In this document: piece after piece, positions 1-10,062 of the stretch
Numbering within the stretch: position 1 is the stretch's first letter
How the letters are laid out: each line of letters begins with the position of its first letter
Made by a program: the position numbers and the translations under genes
Notes under the pieces: generated by a model
Seen by the model: the letters and a program-made list of their open reading frames with translations, nothing else
Databases searched by the model: none
What the model was told of the DNA's origin: nothing
NCBI GenBank assembly: GCA_964610875.1
Contig: CAZSWP010000007.1
Span: 1-64,000 of the forward strand
Direction: 5' to 3'
DNA from: an uncultured archaeon
Lineage (GTDB): Archaea; Asgardarchaeota; Thorarchaeia; Thorarchaeales; Thorarchaeaceae
Length of the DNA stretch: 64,000 bases

Positions 1-74
1 ATCATGTGACGTGGCCAATTCGCCTCTAAATTCTTGTATTATTCTACAGAGCCCATGAGACCTATCTTATTATG

Positions 75-977
75 TTAACGAGAGTGACTAAGATGCTCCA
101 CTATCTTTTCTGTGATATCGTACTCTGTCACCTTCTGGAGACCTCTCCAGCCTGGAGTAGCATTTACTTCGAGAATCCAATAGTTGCCATCAAGGTCTGG
201 AATTATGTCCACTCCCGCTACACGCGCCTTGACAGATTCTGCAGCAGCAATTGCGATGTTGCTCACATCAATATCATTCTTCTTCGGGATTCCTCCAGAA
301 TGAATATTCGTTACAAGTGCTCCATCACCATGACGTTGCATTGACGCAATCACTTCTCCGTCAACCACCAATACCCGGATATCAAATCCTGGATTCTTTA
401 CTAAATCCTGAAGGAGATAGGCCCCTTTCCCAAAAATTTGACTGTGGAATTTTAAATAATCATAGACATGTTCCAGGTCAAAATCGCGTTCGATTAGCTG
501 AACACCCTCTCCTCCAAAACCTGTTATGGGTTTAAGCACACATGGTGCATTTTTACTGATGAATTTAGCGGCGTCTTCAATTGATTCGGTAATTAAGGTC
601 CTTGGAACGGGTAGCCGTTTTGATACTAACTTTCGTAGAGTTTCTGATTTGTTTCTCATTAGAAGTATTGATGAAACTGGATTAATCACTTCAACCCCCA
701 TTTCTGCAAGTGCTGATAATAATCCCACTCGATTGAAAAATGCTCCAATATCATTGGCTCCCAAGTCCATCACAATTATTGCATCCAGTTTACTCAAATC
801 TTTATCATCTATTGTAATCTTGTGAAAATCCACAGCACCTTCTCGAGCTACTTTCCATGATATCACCCTAGTCACATCAATACCTAGATTCTCATACGCC
901 TTTCTAAGATGTTCAACTCTAAACGACCATGGGTCTGCGGAGAAAAGTCCAATACTATTATACATCTCATTTTTCAA
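75..977 (-). CDS. RimK-family ATP-grasp alpha-L-glutamate ligase (RimK/MptN/CofF-like)
   Basis: 300 aa; motifs KPITGFGGEGV, DIRV, TNIHSGG, GVDII, LEVNATPGW. Confidence 0.85.
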   Translation of the reverse strand: MKNEMYNSIGLFSADPWSFRVEHLRKAYENLGIDVTRVISWKVAREGAVDFHKITIDDKDLSKLDAIIVMDLGANDIGAFFNRVGLLSALAEMGVEVINPVSSILLMRNKSETLRKLVSKRLPVPRTLITESIEDAAKFISKNAPCVLKPITGFGGEGVQLIERDFDLEHVYDYLKFHSQIFGKGAYLLQDLVKNPGFDIRVLVVDGEVIASMQRHGDGALVTNIHSGGIPKKNDIDVSNIAIAAAESVKARVAGVDIIPDLDGNYWILEVNATPGWRGLQKVTEYDITEKIVEHLSHSR

Positions 978-1069
978 AAGAGATTCCTCGATTTACTAAT
1001 AATTTGATTACTCCTCCACCCCTTTTAGCCATAACGAGTTGCTTTTATTGAAATGACTTCCTCATTGTA

Positions 1070-1468
1070 TTGAGTCCTATGCCACTTTTTTCCAAAGATG
1101 AAATAGAGAAATTGCAAAGTATATTTTCTAAAACTAAAGGTCATATCCTTCTTACATTTAGACAAAATCATGGTCCTACAAAACTCAGAAGAGAGTGGAT
1201 TGCTTTGATGAAGAGTATGGGCGAACCTGTGGATTGCTTGAGCTGGTGGTCGAGTTCAGGTAATATGGGTCTATTAGAATGTGAAAGTCAAGATAGTCGA
1301 CATGTTTTTGGGCAATGGGTTCTTGCTGATGTGACCGAGCTTGTTGGCCTTTTCGAAATAGAGGATGATGATTTAGTTTCAATTCGTGATGGATTCGACT
1401 CCGGTAATGTAGTTTCTGCTGAAATGCGAGCTATTCGAATAGGCGAAACTGGCGGCGAGCTTGAATAG
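1070..1468 (+). CDS. hypothetical protein
   Basis: 132 aa ORF filling the gap between divergent/convergent neighbours; no recognised motif. Confidence 0.6.
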   Translation: MSPMPLFSKDEIEKLQSIFSKTKGHILLTFRQNHGPTKLRREWIALMKSMGEPVDCLSWWSSSGNMGLLECESQDSRHVFGQWVLADVTELVGLFEIEDDDLVSIRDGFDSGNVVSAEMRAIRIGETGGELE

Positions 1469-1472
1469 TAGT

Positions 1473-3305
1473 TCAATCTACAGTAAGCGTCTTTGACAGA
1501 TTTCTCGGGTGGTCTGGATCAATCCCTTTATCGACAGATATGAAATAGCTGAGAAGCTGTAATGGAATTACGTCTAGGAGTGGGTTGATGAGCAATGGTG
1601 CCTTCGGTACTTCTAGATAGTCTATCGAATTTGCCACATATGGTTCCAGTTTTTTCTCTCTCTCCCCCACGATTATTGTGCGACCACCCCGACAAGCTAC
1701 TTCATTGATATGATTGATAATCATCCATGAGTCTTCCGTGGTAGTGACGAAAATAACAGGATAATTGTCTGTTACAATACTCAGTGGGCCGTGTTTAAAT
1801 TCAGAACTATACATTCCCTCACAGTGATTGTAGCATATTTCCTTAATCTTCAATGCTCCTTCTCTTGCTACTCCATCGGTAAGTCCGTAGCCGAGACAGT
1901 ACATGTCTGGCTCACTTAGCAAAGTCATAGCTAAGTCTTTCGCTAAGATCCCTGTCTTGTCAATGGTTTCTTGTGTTAAACTAGGTAAGTCTTCACGAAG
2001 ATGTTTTATGAATCTCTTCGATTCAGATTTGTCGATATGACCGTTCATCTCTCCCACTTTGGCAGCCAGATATGCAAAAATGATGGTCTGAGAAAAGTAT
2101 GTCTTCGTTGCAGGAACACTGACCTCATATCCACAAGCCATCGGAACATAGGAATCTGCTTTGAACATTAGAGTACTTCCAATGACATTCAGAACTCCTA
2201 ATGTCTTACCCAACTCATCTTTCTGTACATGCTCTAAAACATTTAGAACATCCTTTGTTTCGCCACTCTGTGATACAAGAATACAGAGGCTATCATCTTG
2301 TAACGTTGAACCGTACATACTCTCAAATTGTCCGCCAAGGGATGGGATGATAGCTTTCCCTGCAAGTCCATTGAAATAATATGTACCAACTATCCCTGCA
2401 TGATAAGATGTCCCACAAGCTACCAAATATGGCGTTTCTACATCATGGATCATTTTTATCCATTCTTCAGATTCAGAACTTTCAAGAACCCCCATTACAT
2501 CTTGTGCTACTTGGGTCTGTTCATTTATTTCCTTCAACATGAAGTGTGGGAATCCTCCTTTCTCTGCTGCGGATTCATCAACTTTAGTCAACTGTGGTTT
2601 TCTGTCCAAGAGTTTTCCGTCTTCGACTCGATACACTTTGATATCATCATAGGTAAGTTCTAGCATCTCTCCATCTTGGAGATAGATGACATTTCTTGTT
2701 AATGGAAGAATTGAAGGTAAATCGCTTGATACTATAGTTTCATCTCTTCCAACACCAGCTACCAAAGAGGATCCCATTTTCACTGCAAATATCCGCTTTT
2801 CATCTGCCCTTCCAACAGCATATGCAAAAGCTCCATGTAAATCGTTGGTGGATAACCTAATTGCTTCAAACATATCGCCGGTTTCTTCGTAATATTTGTC
2901 AACAGCATGGACACATAATTCACCATCATTTTCAGAGCGGACAATATGTCCATTCTCAATGAGTTCCTTCCTATATTCGTAGTAATTGTGAAGATTTCCG
3001 TTATGTGCGCCATAGAACTCTTTAGTGCAACCATAGTGAGGCTGCGCATTGATTTTTGTTGGAGCCCCATATGTAGCCCATCTTAGTTGTGCGATACCTC
3101 GGTCTCCAGGCATATCAGAGAGTTTCAGAGCCGCATCCACCAAATCTACAGTGCCAACATCTTTTCTCAAATCTACTGCATTATTGTTCACTGCAGCAAC
3201 ACCAACTGAATCGTATCCTCTGTATGTGAGCTTTCGACTACATTTTACAAGAAGTCTTCCAATGTCGGTTCTGTTTTTTGTGACTATGCCTGTTATGCCG
3301 CACAA
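1473..3305 (-). CDS. glmS: glutamine--fructose-6-phosphate transaminase (isomerizing)
   Basis: TTG at 3305 after GAGGT SD gives M-CGITG (N-terminal Cys nucleophile); YRGYDS, EGALKIKE, EFKHGP and C-terminal PRNLSKTLTVD. Confidence 0.92.
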   Translation of the reverse strand: MCGITGIVTKNRTDIGRLLVKCSRKLTYRGYDSVGVAAVNNNAVDLRKDVGTVDLVDAALKLSDMPGDRGIAQLRWATYGAPTKINAQPHYGCTKEFYGAHNGNLHNYYEYRKELIENGHIVRSENDGELCVHAVDKYYEETGDMFEAIRLSTNDLHGAFAYAVGRADEKRIFAVKMGSSLVAGVGRDETIVSSDLPSILPLTRNVIYLQDGEMLELTYDDIKVYRVEDGKLLDRKPQLTKVDESAAEKGGFPHFMLKEINEQTQVAQDVMGVLESSESEEWIKMIHDVETPYLVACGTSYHAGIVGTYYFNGLAGKAIIPSLGGQFESMYGSTLQDDSLCILVSQSGETKDVLNVLEHVQKDELGKTLGVLNVIGSTLMFKADSYVPMACGYEVSVPATKTYFSQTIIFAYLAAKVGEMNGHIDKSESKRFIKHLREDLPSLTQETIDKTGILAKDLAMTLLSEPDMYCLGYGLTDGVAREGALKIKEICYNHCEGMYSSEFKHGPLSIVTDNYPVIFVTTTEDSWMIINHINEVACRGGRTIIVGEREKKLEPYVANSIDYLEVPKAPLLINPLLDVIPLQLLSYFISVDKGIDPDHPRNLSKTLTVD

Positions 3306-3462
3306 GTTACTACCTCTGCCTTTATTCTCGTATGGCGCTGACAAAGATGCTTTGGTAATAAGAGTTCTGTCTTGCTTAAAATTCTGTACTATTAGGACAA
3401 ATACGAAGACCTTTTATCGGCCTTGGAATACTATTGGCTGGAGTTAGAGAAGAGGACTATCT

Positions 3463-4140
3463 ATGGCTAGGCAAAAACGACTAGCTCTATTGCTACATCC
3501 ATTCAGACGTGATTTGTACCAAGTGCTCTGTGAAAATCCCGGTACTTATCTGCTTGAGCTAGTTGATTTGCTAGAAAGTCCATTAGGTACACTTACGTGG
3601 CATCTTCGAATCCTTGAGCGTGAAGGTTTAGTAAGATCCATCAAATTTGCAGGTAAACGGATTTATTATCCTAAAATGCTCAGGTCAAAGGAAGCAGAAA
3701 TGGCTTACCTTACCATGAGAAGTGAAACAGCCCAGAAAATATTCTCGTACATTGTAAATAATCCGTCGTGTTATCAAGAGGAAATGGCCGAGAGCCTTGG
3801 AGTTCATCACGACACAGTCAGATGGCATGTCACTCGCATGCAAGGTGTTGGTCTTGTAAAAGTAAAACGTCAAGGCAGAAAAAAGCGACATTATCTTGAC
3901 AAACTAGGAAAAGCCCTTCTAAAAGGCAGTTTGAATACTATAACTGAAGCATATGTGATATTTCTAATGGAGAAACTTGAAGATGGATGTCTGAATCCTG
4001 AGATTCGTGAGGCCAGTACAGAACAAGTGCTGATACGAATTGATTGCCCTGAACGTGGCAAAGACTGCTTCATCAGAATAAATCTCCGGGAATGGCAATT
4101 CCAGTTCATTGATGATGATTCTGACTCAAATAATGATTAA
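3463..4140 (+). CDS. winged-helix transcriptional regulator with two HTH repeats (COG3398/ArsR-like)
   Basis: two repeats: NPG...LGTLTWHLRILEREGLV and NPS...HDTVRWHVTRMQGVGLV; SD AGGA upstream. Confidence 0.8.
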   Translation: MARQKRLALLLHPFRRDLYQVLCENPGTYLLELVDLLESPLGTLTWHLRILEREGLVRSIKFAGKRIYYPKMLRSKEAEMAYLTMRSETAQKIFSYIVNNPSCYQEEMAESLGVHHDTVRWHVTRMQGVGLVKVKRQGRKKRHYLDKLGKALLKGSLNTITEAYVIFLMEKLEDGCLNPEIREASTEQVLIRIDCPERGKDCFIRINLREWQFQFIDDDSDSNND

Positions 4141-4163
4141 GAGTAATGTTATGCCCAAATTTT

Positions 4164-4895
4164 CTAAACTTGTGTTTGGATAACATCAAGAACTCTCTGA
4201 CAAAGCAAGTCTGGTTTTGGTCCTTTGCATATTACTGCTAAAAGTCGTGTTTCATCAATTCTATGAACAAGCAAATCTGCATTGTCAGAATTTATTGTAA
4301 GAGTTTCAGTTTCCGGAGCAAATGTTTGACCATTTGCATAGATTGAACTAGCTAAGGCTGCTACTTCTATGTGATTGTCAAACCCAACTGATCCCAATGG
4401 TAATCCTTCTACTGTGAGAACCATTGCCTTATTGATATCTGGAATTGCCTGCACTAATTTACCAAGAATTGTTTCCTTACCGAATTCGCTATGACTACCC
4501 ATTATGATTTCAACACGAGTAGCAAGTGATTGGAAGGAAGGCAAAAATGATTCAAGCCGAAAACCTGAATCATCTGCTCTTGAGGTGAGAACAACCAAAT
4601 TATAATGCGGTTGTAACACTGTTATTATTCTCTCTATTGGTGTAGTCTGGATGAGGTATGTTGGCCTACTATCTCCTACCTGTAAGAGGGTTTGGGTTCC
4701 CGCCCATGCCAGAGCTGCTGCGACAGTTGCCAACACTCTTGGGTCTCTGTCTTCATCTCTTGATACTGATGCAACTACAACCCCCTCTTTAGTACATAAG
4801 ATCACACTCCGAATTGCTCTATGGAGTTTCATAGCATCTTCAAGTAGACCTGTTACTTCTCCAAGTGTTTTGCCTAGCATCAGTAAAACCGCCAA
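4164..4895 (-). CDS. tandem (double) roadblock/LC7 domain protein
   Basis: two roadblock-like repeats: VILCTKEGVVVAS...LATVAAAL and AMVLTVEGLPLGS...VAALASSI. Confidence 0.75.
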   Translation of the reverse strand: MAVLLMLGKTLGEVTGLLEDAMKLHRAIRSVILCTKEGVVVASVSRDEDRDPRVLATVAAALAWAGTQTLLQVGDSRPTYLIQTTPIERIITVLQPHYNLVVLTSRADDSGFRLESFLPSFQSLATRVEIIMGSHSEFGKETILGKLVQAIPDINKAMVLTVEGLPLGSVGFDNHIEVAALASSIYANGQTFAPETETLTINSDNADLLVHRIDETRLLAVICKGPKPDLLCQRVLDVIQTQV

Positions 4896-5033
4896 TTTTT
4901 TTTTGCCGAATTCAATATATATTGCGTGACATAAAGGTCTATCCTCTTCTCACATTTTTAGCAAACTACACAAGCCAATAGGTTTAAATCCGCGCTCTAT
5001 CGAGAAGGGTTCATTGACCATGGAGGAAGCATA

Positions 5034-6119
5034 TTGAGCTCAAGGTCTAGAATTATCACTTCATTGGTTGTCATCATCATTGTATTTGGAGGAGTAACAG
5101 GATTCCTCTTAATGACAAATCCGTATCAACCTTCAAGAGTTGCAGTGGTGCTAATGGAACCAGGATTCGGCGATAGAAGTAGAGCCGATACCGCTTTGGA
5201 AGGAATGGAAGAGCTTGCAGGAGATGTTTCGGTACAGTATGCAATACCAGACACACTGCCATCGACTTTAGATGAAGCTGAAGAACAGATTAGAACGTAT
5301 GCCGCATCAGGTTTGTATGATCTTATCATTGCGATTGGAAATGAACTCACTGATGCTGTGAGAACTGTTGCTACTCAGTACCCCAACCAAAAATTTGGAA
5401 TGATTGGTGGCTCAGTAAATGCTGACAATGTAGCATCTGCAATATATGCTGAAGAGCAAGGAGCCTTCTTAGCTGGAGTGCTAGCAGCTTTTCTCGTATC
5501 TGAAGACCCATATACCGGTGTCATCGGTATTATCGCAGCATTTCCAAATATTGAAGCAATTGACAGCATGATTAGCGGATTCATTCAAGGTGTTGAGGAA
5601 GCAAATGAAACCTACGATCTGGGCGTTAGTTTGCTAGACACTCAATATATTCTATCGCAAAATGATACTACTACTACTACAAGCATGACTTACAACACTT
5701 TCGTCAATCAGAACGCATCGCTAATATTTGCACCTGTTAGAGCCAATATTGTTGGAGTTAGACAAGGCGCACTCGCTGCAGAAGCGATGTTGAGTCTCCG
5801 TCGGAGATTACCTTTGGTGATTGCAGCTGAAGGAAATCAGGACTATTACGGGACTCGTGACCCAGATATTCCAGTCGCTCCAAGTTGGATTGCAACGAGT
5901 GTGGTTCCAAGAATTGACATCGGATTGTATGATATTGTGAACAAGACTCTCTGGGATCAATTCCCAGGTGGAACAACACTGCGTTACAACTTGGCAAATA
6001 ATGGAGTGAATATTACCCGCTTCGCATACAGCTCGGTCTACATCTCCGACGATATAATCGACGTGATTAAGTATTATCACGACTTGATTGTGAATGGTAC
6101 TCTAACAGTTACCCCATAG
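5034..6119 (+). CDS. BMP-family (nucleoside-type) ABC substrate-binding protein, membrane anchored
   Basis: N-terminal TM; GFGDRS, YDLIIAIG, EEQGAFLAG, TSVVPRID; GGAGG SD + TTG start. Confidence 0.85.
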   Translation: MSSRSRIITSLVVIIIVFGGVTGFLLMTNPYQPSRVAVVLMEPGFGDRSRADTALEGMEELAGDVSVQYAIPDTLPSTLDEAEEQIRTYAASGLYDLIIAIGNELTDAVRTVATQYPNQKFGMIGGSVNADNVASAIYAEEQGAFLAGVLAAFLVSEDPYTGVIGIIAAFPNIEAIDSMISGFIQGVEEANETYDLGVSLLDTQYILSQNDTTTTTSMTYNTFVNQNASLIFAPVRANIVGVRQGALAAEAMLSLRRRLPLVIAAEGNQDYYGTRDPDIPVAPSWIATSVVPRIDIGLYDIVNKTLWDQFPGGTTLRYNLANNGVNITRFAYSSVYISDDIIDVIKYYHDLIVNGTLTVTP

Positions 6120-6135
6120 GTCCAAGTGATATTTT

Positions 6136-6160
6136 AGGAAGGGGTTTTAACCCCTTCTTT
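6136..6160 (+). terminator. hairpin plus T-rich tract after BMP gene
   Basis: AGGAAGGGGTT-TT-AACCCCTTCTT followed by a T-rich stretch. Confidence 0.55.
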
Positions 6161-6169
6161 CAATTTCTT

Positions 6170-6778
6170 TTGGAGATGTATCAAATGGATGCTGAAGGTA
6201 TTCTTAGAGCTTGTTTCTTTGGTGAGCGCCTAAAACTTCTATCCCGAACTGGATGGCACATAGTGGGTGTCCCAAATTCATTGGGCGAATCAATTGCTTC
6301 TCATACTTATGGTGTCAGTCTTTTCTCTGTTTTATTATCGGATTCAATGAAGAAAACAGATGTTAGTGTGGATATAGCTAAAGTTTTGATTATGGCAGCT
6401 TTACATGACTTATCCGAATCTATTCTATCTGATATACCTGTGTCATCTGAAAGATTCTTTGGAAATGAGTATCGAAAACTCAAGGATGAGGCGGAATTAA
6501 ATGCATTACTTGAAATACTCCCAAAAGCTAACAATAACCTGCATAGCATCTTCAAGGAGTATACCGAGCTGAGTACATTGGAAGCAAGAATCGTACGCGC
6601 CTCGGATATTCTCGATATGCTAACACATGCCATATCTTTGGAATCGAATGGCTTTTCTGCAGAGAAATTAGATGAATTCTTTGTATCTGGAAGAAGGATA
6701 ATTGAAAAAACTAGAATCGAATTGGCATTGGAAATCTACCACTTACTGAATAAGAAGCATAAAGAAAATCTGTCGTAA
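6170..6778 (+). CDS. HD-domain hydrolase (YfbR/HDDC2-like 5'-deoxynucleotidase)
   Basis: LKLLSRTGW, ESIASH, ALHDLSE, SDILD. Confidence 0.85.
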   Translation: MEMYQMDAEGILRACFFGERLKLLSRTGWHIVGVPNSLGESIASHTYGVSLFSVLLSDSMKKTDVSVDIAKVLIMAALHDLSESILSDIPVSSERFFGNEYRKLKDEAELNALLEILPKANNNLHSIFKEYTELSTLEARIVRASDILDMLTHAISLESNGFSAEKLDEFFVSGRRIIEKTRIELALEIYHLLNKKHKENLS

Positions 6779-7420
6779 TTAACCAACTAGTGCTTTTGCA
6801 TCTCTTCGTATTGAAGAAGCTAAAATTCTTGCTACTTTTACTGGTTCTGGTATTTTTCCGGATGTTGTGAAGAGTTCAATTAAACTTGATGCATATTCCA
6901 ATTCAATTCCTGCTCTTAGAATAAATACTTTCATTCCACTAGTAAGAATTAATTCCTCACGTAACCCGTTTTTACCAACTATGTTTGCCCTTTGTTTCCA
7001 GTCATCAGGAAAGTATTCTTGTAGATACTTTGTTATACCCTCTGATGGTGAATATGAAACACAGATTACTGGGATATCTGTTTTCTGATTCAGGCGGTGT
7101 AAATCAATCACGTTAAACCATGATATGATACTTCCTCCTAGCAACCATGAATGAATATCATCCCTATTCAGATTTTTATACATGTCAATCAGTTTTTCAG
7201 TTGAATCTGTTCCTCCAATTGTAGGTGTACATACTCCGAATCCATCAATGTGATAATCACCTCGCATTATTACTCCCGCTAGAATGCTTCTCCTATCATC
7301 CTTATTGAAACTCTCAGCAATGCCAAGGACTCTTACACCTGTCTTCCAAGCCTTTGAAGATGATGTTTTGAATATGGGTTCTATTACATGCATGATTGTC
7401 ACAATCTTGGTACTATCCAA
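6779..7420 (-). CDS. DUF99 family protein (endonuclease V-like fold)
   Basis: RVLGIAESF, GGTDST, ISWFNVID, GKIPEPVKVAR. Confidence 0.85.
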   Translation of the reverse strand: MDSTKIVTIMHVIEPIFKTSSSKAWKTGVRVLGIAESFNKDDRRSILAGVIMRGDYHIDGFGVCTPTIGGTDSTEKLIDMYKNLNRDDIHSWLLGGSIISWFNVIDLHRLNQKTDIPVICVSYSPSEGITKYLQEYFPDDWKQRANIVGKNGLREELILTSGMKVFILRAGIELEYASSLIELFTTSGKIPEPVKVARILASSIRRDAKALVG

Positions 7421-7517
7421 ACCTACATATTAACTAAAATTCTATCGCATATAGAAAAGCGCCGAAACTTTATATTTGCGCATTGGACTAGGAAAACTAG
7501 TCTAGTAATCTATTAAT

Positions 7518-7910
7518 GTGATGTTTATGTTCGATCCTGGCTTTGAAGAGCTGCAAGGTAAGCTTCGTGGAATAATGGAAGAAGCTACAGCTCTTGCAAC
7601 TGGTGTCAGAGCATGGTTGTTACTATCTAAGGAAGGATTACCCATATCTTCTGCAGTTCCTCAAGGTCTAGAGGAGGCTGAAATTGCCGCGATGTCTGCG
7701 TCTATTCTTGGTGTTGCAGACCTTGCTGCAGAAAGAATGGAACAAGGTACACTTGAGGAGATTCTTATTACTAATGAACAAGGTCTTATCATTCTCAAAG
7801 GTGCTGGTGAAAAAGCCATTCTAGTTCTAGCTGCTCGGAAGGATATGAAAACTGGATTACTGGTCTATGCAGCAAAGACTGCAACAGAAAAGATTGCTCC
7901 TCTTCTATAG
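7518..7910 (+). CDS. roadblock/LC7 domain protein
   Basis: LLLSKEGLPISS, IAAMSASIL, LEEILITNEQG, KTGLL. Confidence 0.9.
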   Translation: MMFMFDPGFEELQGKLRGIMEEATALATGVRAWLLLSKEGLPISSAVPQGLEEAEIAAMSASILGVADLAAERMEQGTLEEILITNEQGLIILKGAGEKAILVLAARKDMKTGLLVYAAKTATEKIAPLL

Positions 7911-7912
7911 TA

Positions 7913-9913
7913 CTATGTTCTACTTAGTAACCAAACCACAATCTGTAATACTAGTTTTGAGTTCTCAGATGAGTGGTAGTATCCATTCAATGCATAGTTA
8001 TCCAGAAAGAAATTACTTCCTGAAACTATAACTCGACCACTAAGAGTATGCTCTCTAGATATTATAACTGGTTTTAAAATTGTAATCACGTTGTTATCTT
8101 GATCCAAATATCTGACATTACCCCAAGCAAGAATATCTCCACCATTTGTTGAGTTCAGAGAACATCCATTATAATCAAAAGACTCGATACGTGACATAAC
8201 TGGATGCGTCGTATTTATGTTAACAATTTCTTCAGTACTTTGAATTCCATTTACAGTAAATGAGAATGGTGGAATTCTATCGTATTCCAAATTGATTTCA
8301 AATCTGGAGATGAGTGAGTTGATGGACTCCACATCCATACTAGAATTATCTCCTGCTGCAATGAAAACATTTCCACCATCTTTCCAGTACTGTTGATAAA
8401 CAAGTAGTTCTTCTTTTGAATAGCTAATAGATGAAACAGGTTTTGCGTATCCCTCGTCAAGGTTAAAATTCCAACTACATGGGTCTAATATCATCACTAA
8501 ATCGAAATCGTTCAGCTTCTCAATTGTTATATCATCCCTATCTACAAGCTGCTCAACAGATATTCCAAGCTGAGTCAATTTCGTATATATCGCTCTGAAT
8601 TGTCCATAAATTGAATCTATGTGCCACGAAGTGTGAGTTAAATCGAAAGCAACTCTTGTTAGTGGCAAAGTGCAATCAAACTTGAATTGAGTCCATACTC
8701 TCTTATAATTTGGTGAATCAAAGATAATTCTAGCTTGAATGCCAAGAAGATCCACTGATGATTCTACTCTTAATTTTAGTTTCAATTGCCCCGTCTGATT
8801 TATTTCAAGAGTCTCAGGAATGGTCAAAAAGGGGCTGGCTGAACCATCCGTAAATATGTTGAATGTTCCATTTGTGCTTGCAAAGATTGAAACTACTAAG
8901 TCTACTGTCGTATTTACAAACCATCTTTCAAAGCTGTATTTCCCTAGATTTGGTATTACCCAAACTACCATTGGAAGGCTATTCTTTTTTTCTATAATAT
9001 CTAAATATCTTAGTGCATTTTCGACATCTACTCTTCCTGCTCCTACTTCCCATGATTCAGAACCTACAAAGCTTGCCGTTGAAAGAAGGACAGCTTTTAT
9101 CATTCCTGGTGTCCAATCCCAATTATTTTCCTGGCATTTTCGAATTAGTTCAGTTGCTGCGGCAGCTACGTACGGTGTAGAAAAACTTGTTCCGTACAGA
9201 GTTTGACTTAGGTCTTTATAGTATCCCACTGCAACAATATCTGGTTTTATACTCCTGTCAGCAAGTGGTCCTCTCCCAGAGAATGAGAAAATTTGTCCTT
9301 GATCATCAATTGCTCCAACCGCAATGACTTCGTTAAAAACAGCAGGTGCTTCTACAGATGTTCCCTTTATACCATTCAAACCCCCGTTTCCAGCAGCAGC
9401 AATTATTGAAACACCTTTTTCGAATGCCCATGAGATAGTTTCCTGAAGTAAATCATTATTTGGAATTGTTCCTCCAATACTCAGATTGATAATATCACAG
9501 CTTTCATTTTCTACTACCCAATGAATTGCCTGAATTAGAGCGATTTGTGTTGCGTAGTCATTCTCATCGACTACCTTTGCATTTACAAATCCTGCATTGG
9601 GAGCGTTTTCTGCAATTATTGATGCAACTGCTGTACCATGGATATTTCCTTTTGGTCTACTGTCTTGAGTTTCTGTTATATTCTCTGAGTAACCGTGCTC
9701 ATAATCTATGAAGGAATGTGAAGCTAATATTCTTCCTTCCAATTGGGGTGTTGCGTCCATTCCTGAGTCAATTATAGCAACACGCACGGAAAGCTCGTGG
9801 ATTGGAAATGTGCCCGGAAAGACAATGAAAGTAAAGGTGCTAGCTGCAACAACCACAGATATCACTAATAGTGCGGTTCCTCTTCGATTTTTTGGAATGA
9901 AAGCTTCACCCAT
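7913..9913 (-). CDS. membrane-anchored S8 subtilisin-like serine protease with C-terminal GIFT/GATase-like domain (site-1-protease-like)
   Basis: catalytic motifs AIIDSG, HGTAVAS, AAAGN, KPDIVA, GTSFSTP; N-terminal TM; ~250 aa C-terminal alpha/beta domain. Confidence 0.85.
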   Translation of the reverse strand: MGEAFIPKNRRGTALLVISVVVAASTFTFIVFPGTFPIHELSVRVAIIDSGMDATPQLEGRILASHSFIDYEHGYSENITETQDSRPKGNIHGTAVASIIAENAPNAGFVNAKVVDENDYATQIALIQAIHWVVENESCDIINLSIGGTIPNNDLLQETISWAFEKGVSIIAAAGNGGLNGIKGTSVEAPAVFNEVIAVGAIDDQGQIFSFSGRGPLADRSIKPDIVAVGYYKDLSQTLYGTSFSTPYVAAAATELIRKCQENNWDWTPGMIKAVLLSTASFVGSESWEVGAGRVDVENALRYLDIIEKKNSLPMVVWVIPNLGKYSFERWFVNTTVDLVVSIFASTNGTFNIFTDGSASPFLTIPETLEINQTGQLKLKLRVESSVDLLGIQARIIFDSPNYKRVWTQFKFDCTLPLTRVAFDLTHTSWHIDSIYGQFRAIYTKLTQLGISVEQLVDRDDITIEKLNDFDLVMILDPCSWNFNLDEGYAKPVSSISYSKEELLVYQQYWKDGGNVFIAAGDNSSMDVESINSLISRFEINLEYDRIPPFSFTVNGIQSTEEIVNINTTHPVMSRIESFDYNGCSLNSTNGGDILAWGNVRYLDQDNNVITILKPVIISREHTLSGRVIVSGSNFFLDNYALNGYYHSSENSKLVLQIVVWLLSRT

Positions 9914-10062
9914 TTCATTACACCTTATGCAAGTAATTTCATTATCAGTTGATAGTCATTATATAGTATGTTCTCATTAACAATGTGATAGTAGCAAATT
10001 GGATGTACTCAAAACTAAACGCTTATCTCATTTCTGGATTTTGATTCTCTGAGGTAATCCTA

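Noticed and set aside
3306-3344. ORF-track N-terminal extension of GlmS
   Set aside because: It would block the N-terminal Cys nucleophile; SD-led TTG at 3305 is the better start.
5665-5682. (ACT)n microsatellite in the BMP gene
   Set aside because: Only 4-5 units, in frame, encoding a Thr run; not a repeat array or phase-variation tract.
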